Shown here piece by piece: positions 63,350 to 64,000 of a DNA stretch of 64,000 bases. Position 1 is the first letter of the stretch. Each line of letters starts with the position of its first letter. The notes beneath the pieces are model-generated. The model saw nothing but the letters and a program-made list of their open reading frames with translations. It had not been told where the DNA came from and made no database searches. The position numbers and the translations under genes are program-made. The DNA lies in contig NC_043010.1 in NCBI RefSeq assembly GCF_006345805.1, positions 46,066,001 to 46,130,000 on the forward strand, read 5' to 3'. Source of the stretch: Octopus sinensis. Its lineage: Eukaryota.

Positions 63350-63897
63350 CAAAATTTTTTTCCCACGAGAGTTCCGGACCTCAGTTATGAACTCATTTGC
63401 ATACAGCCAGTCAGAGCTCTACTATCAAACTATCTTATGAGTACATAATGGGTGATGAGAAATAAGATAAGGTCACTTGGGTAAGGAATGACCAGGCTTG
63501 TTTTCACTTTTAAGAATGCTTGTTGTTCTTGTTCTTGTTTCAATTATGGCTACCTCTGCATAGTTATTTGTGTCATTGTTTACTTTGTAAAACAGTAAGG
63601 GGAGAGGGTTGCTAGCACATCACCCTCTACCCACATTTTTCCTACCCACGTCTTTACCATAAAAGGCCCTAACAAAATACCATAATAGGTATAGATGTAA
63701 ATCTATCTAATTACTTGTCTCCTTCTAAAATCAGGCATAACTTGGCGATCGGTCGACTTACAACACCCTTCTTCATCTTGATTTACTTGGTAGAGTGTGT
63801 TTGTTAACTTGGCAACAAGGTCGAGGTGAGCTCTGATTAGCTGTATGCAAATGAGTTCATTACTGGGATCTAGAACTCACGTGGGAAAAAATTTTTG
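63350..63897. mobile_element. ~550-bp non-autonomous DNA transposon/MITE with ~70-bp TIRs, inserted in a family E tail (63265-64000)
   Basis: TIRs 63350-63419 and 63828-63897 (CAAAA..TTTTTCCCACG.GAGTTC..GA...CAGT.ATGAACTCATTTGCATACAGC...TCAGAGCTC). Family E sequence flanks both sides. Confidence 0.85.
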
Positions 63898-64000
63898 TGA
63901 ACTGTCTGTTTTGGCATGATTTTTATGGTTGGAAACCCTTCCTAATGCCATCCAATTTACAGGGAGCACTGGGTGCTTTTACATGGCACAGGTATGGGCA

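Overview
AT-rich, repeat-dominated eukaryotic DNA, most likely an intronic or intergenic stretch of an octopus (cephalopod) genome. This is inferred from recurrent tRNA-headed SINE families, RTE-type LINE tails ending in (GAT)n, and dense (CA)n/(TA)n/(TATG)n microsatellites. No intact host protein-coding gene can be supported, and most ORFs in the track are microsatellite or SINE artefacts. Recognisable content: at least 4 modular SINE families (about 40 copies or fragments, many with target-site duplications (TSDs), nested in each other or in other TEs); three decayed Tc1/mariner elements; a Helitron Rep/helicase remnant; a Mag-like Gypsy gag-pro fragment with a tRNA-Ser(GCT)-type primer-binding site (PBS); a decayed tRNA-Ser(GCT) gene; RTE LINE fragments; piggyBac-like (TTAA), hAT-like and long-TIR MITEs; and Penelope-like element (PLE) remnants. 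The most notable signal is a set of up to 7 minimal type I hammerhead ribozyme (HHR) motifs. Several are associated with long fold-back inverted repeats, including one HHR core sitting in the loop of a 368-bp fold-back (41583-41950). Two SINE copies also show head-less tandem re-duplication. All family assignments are from motif recognition by eye and need database confirmation.
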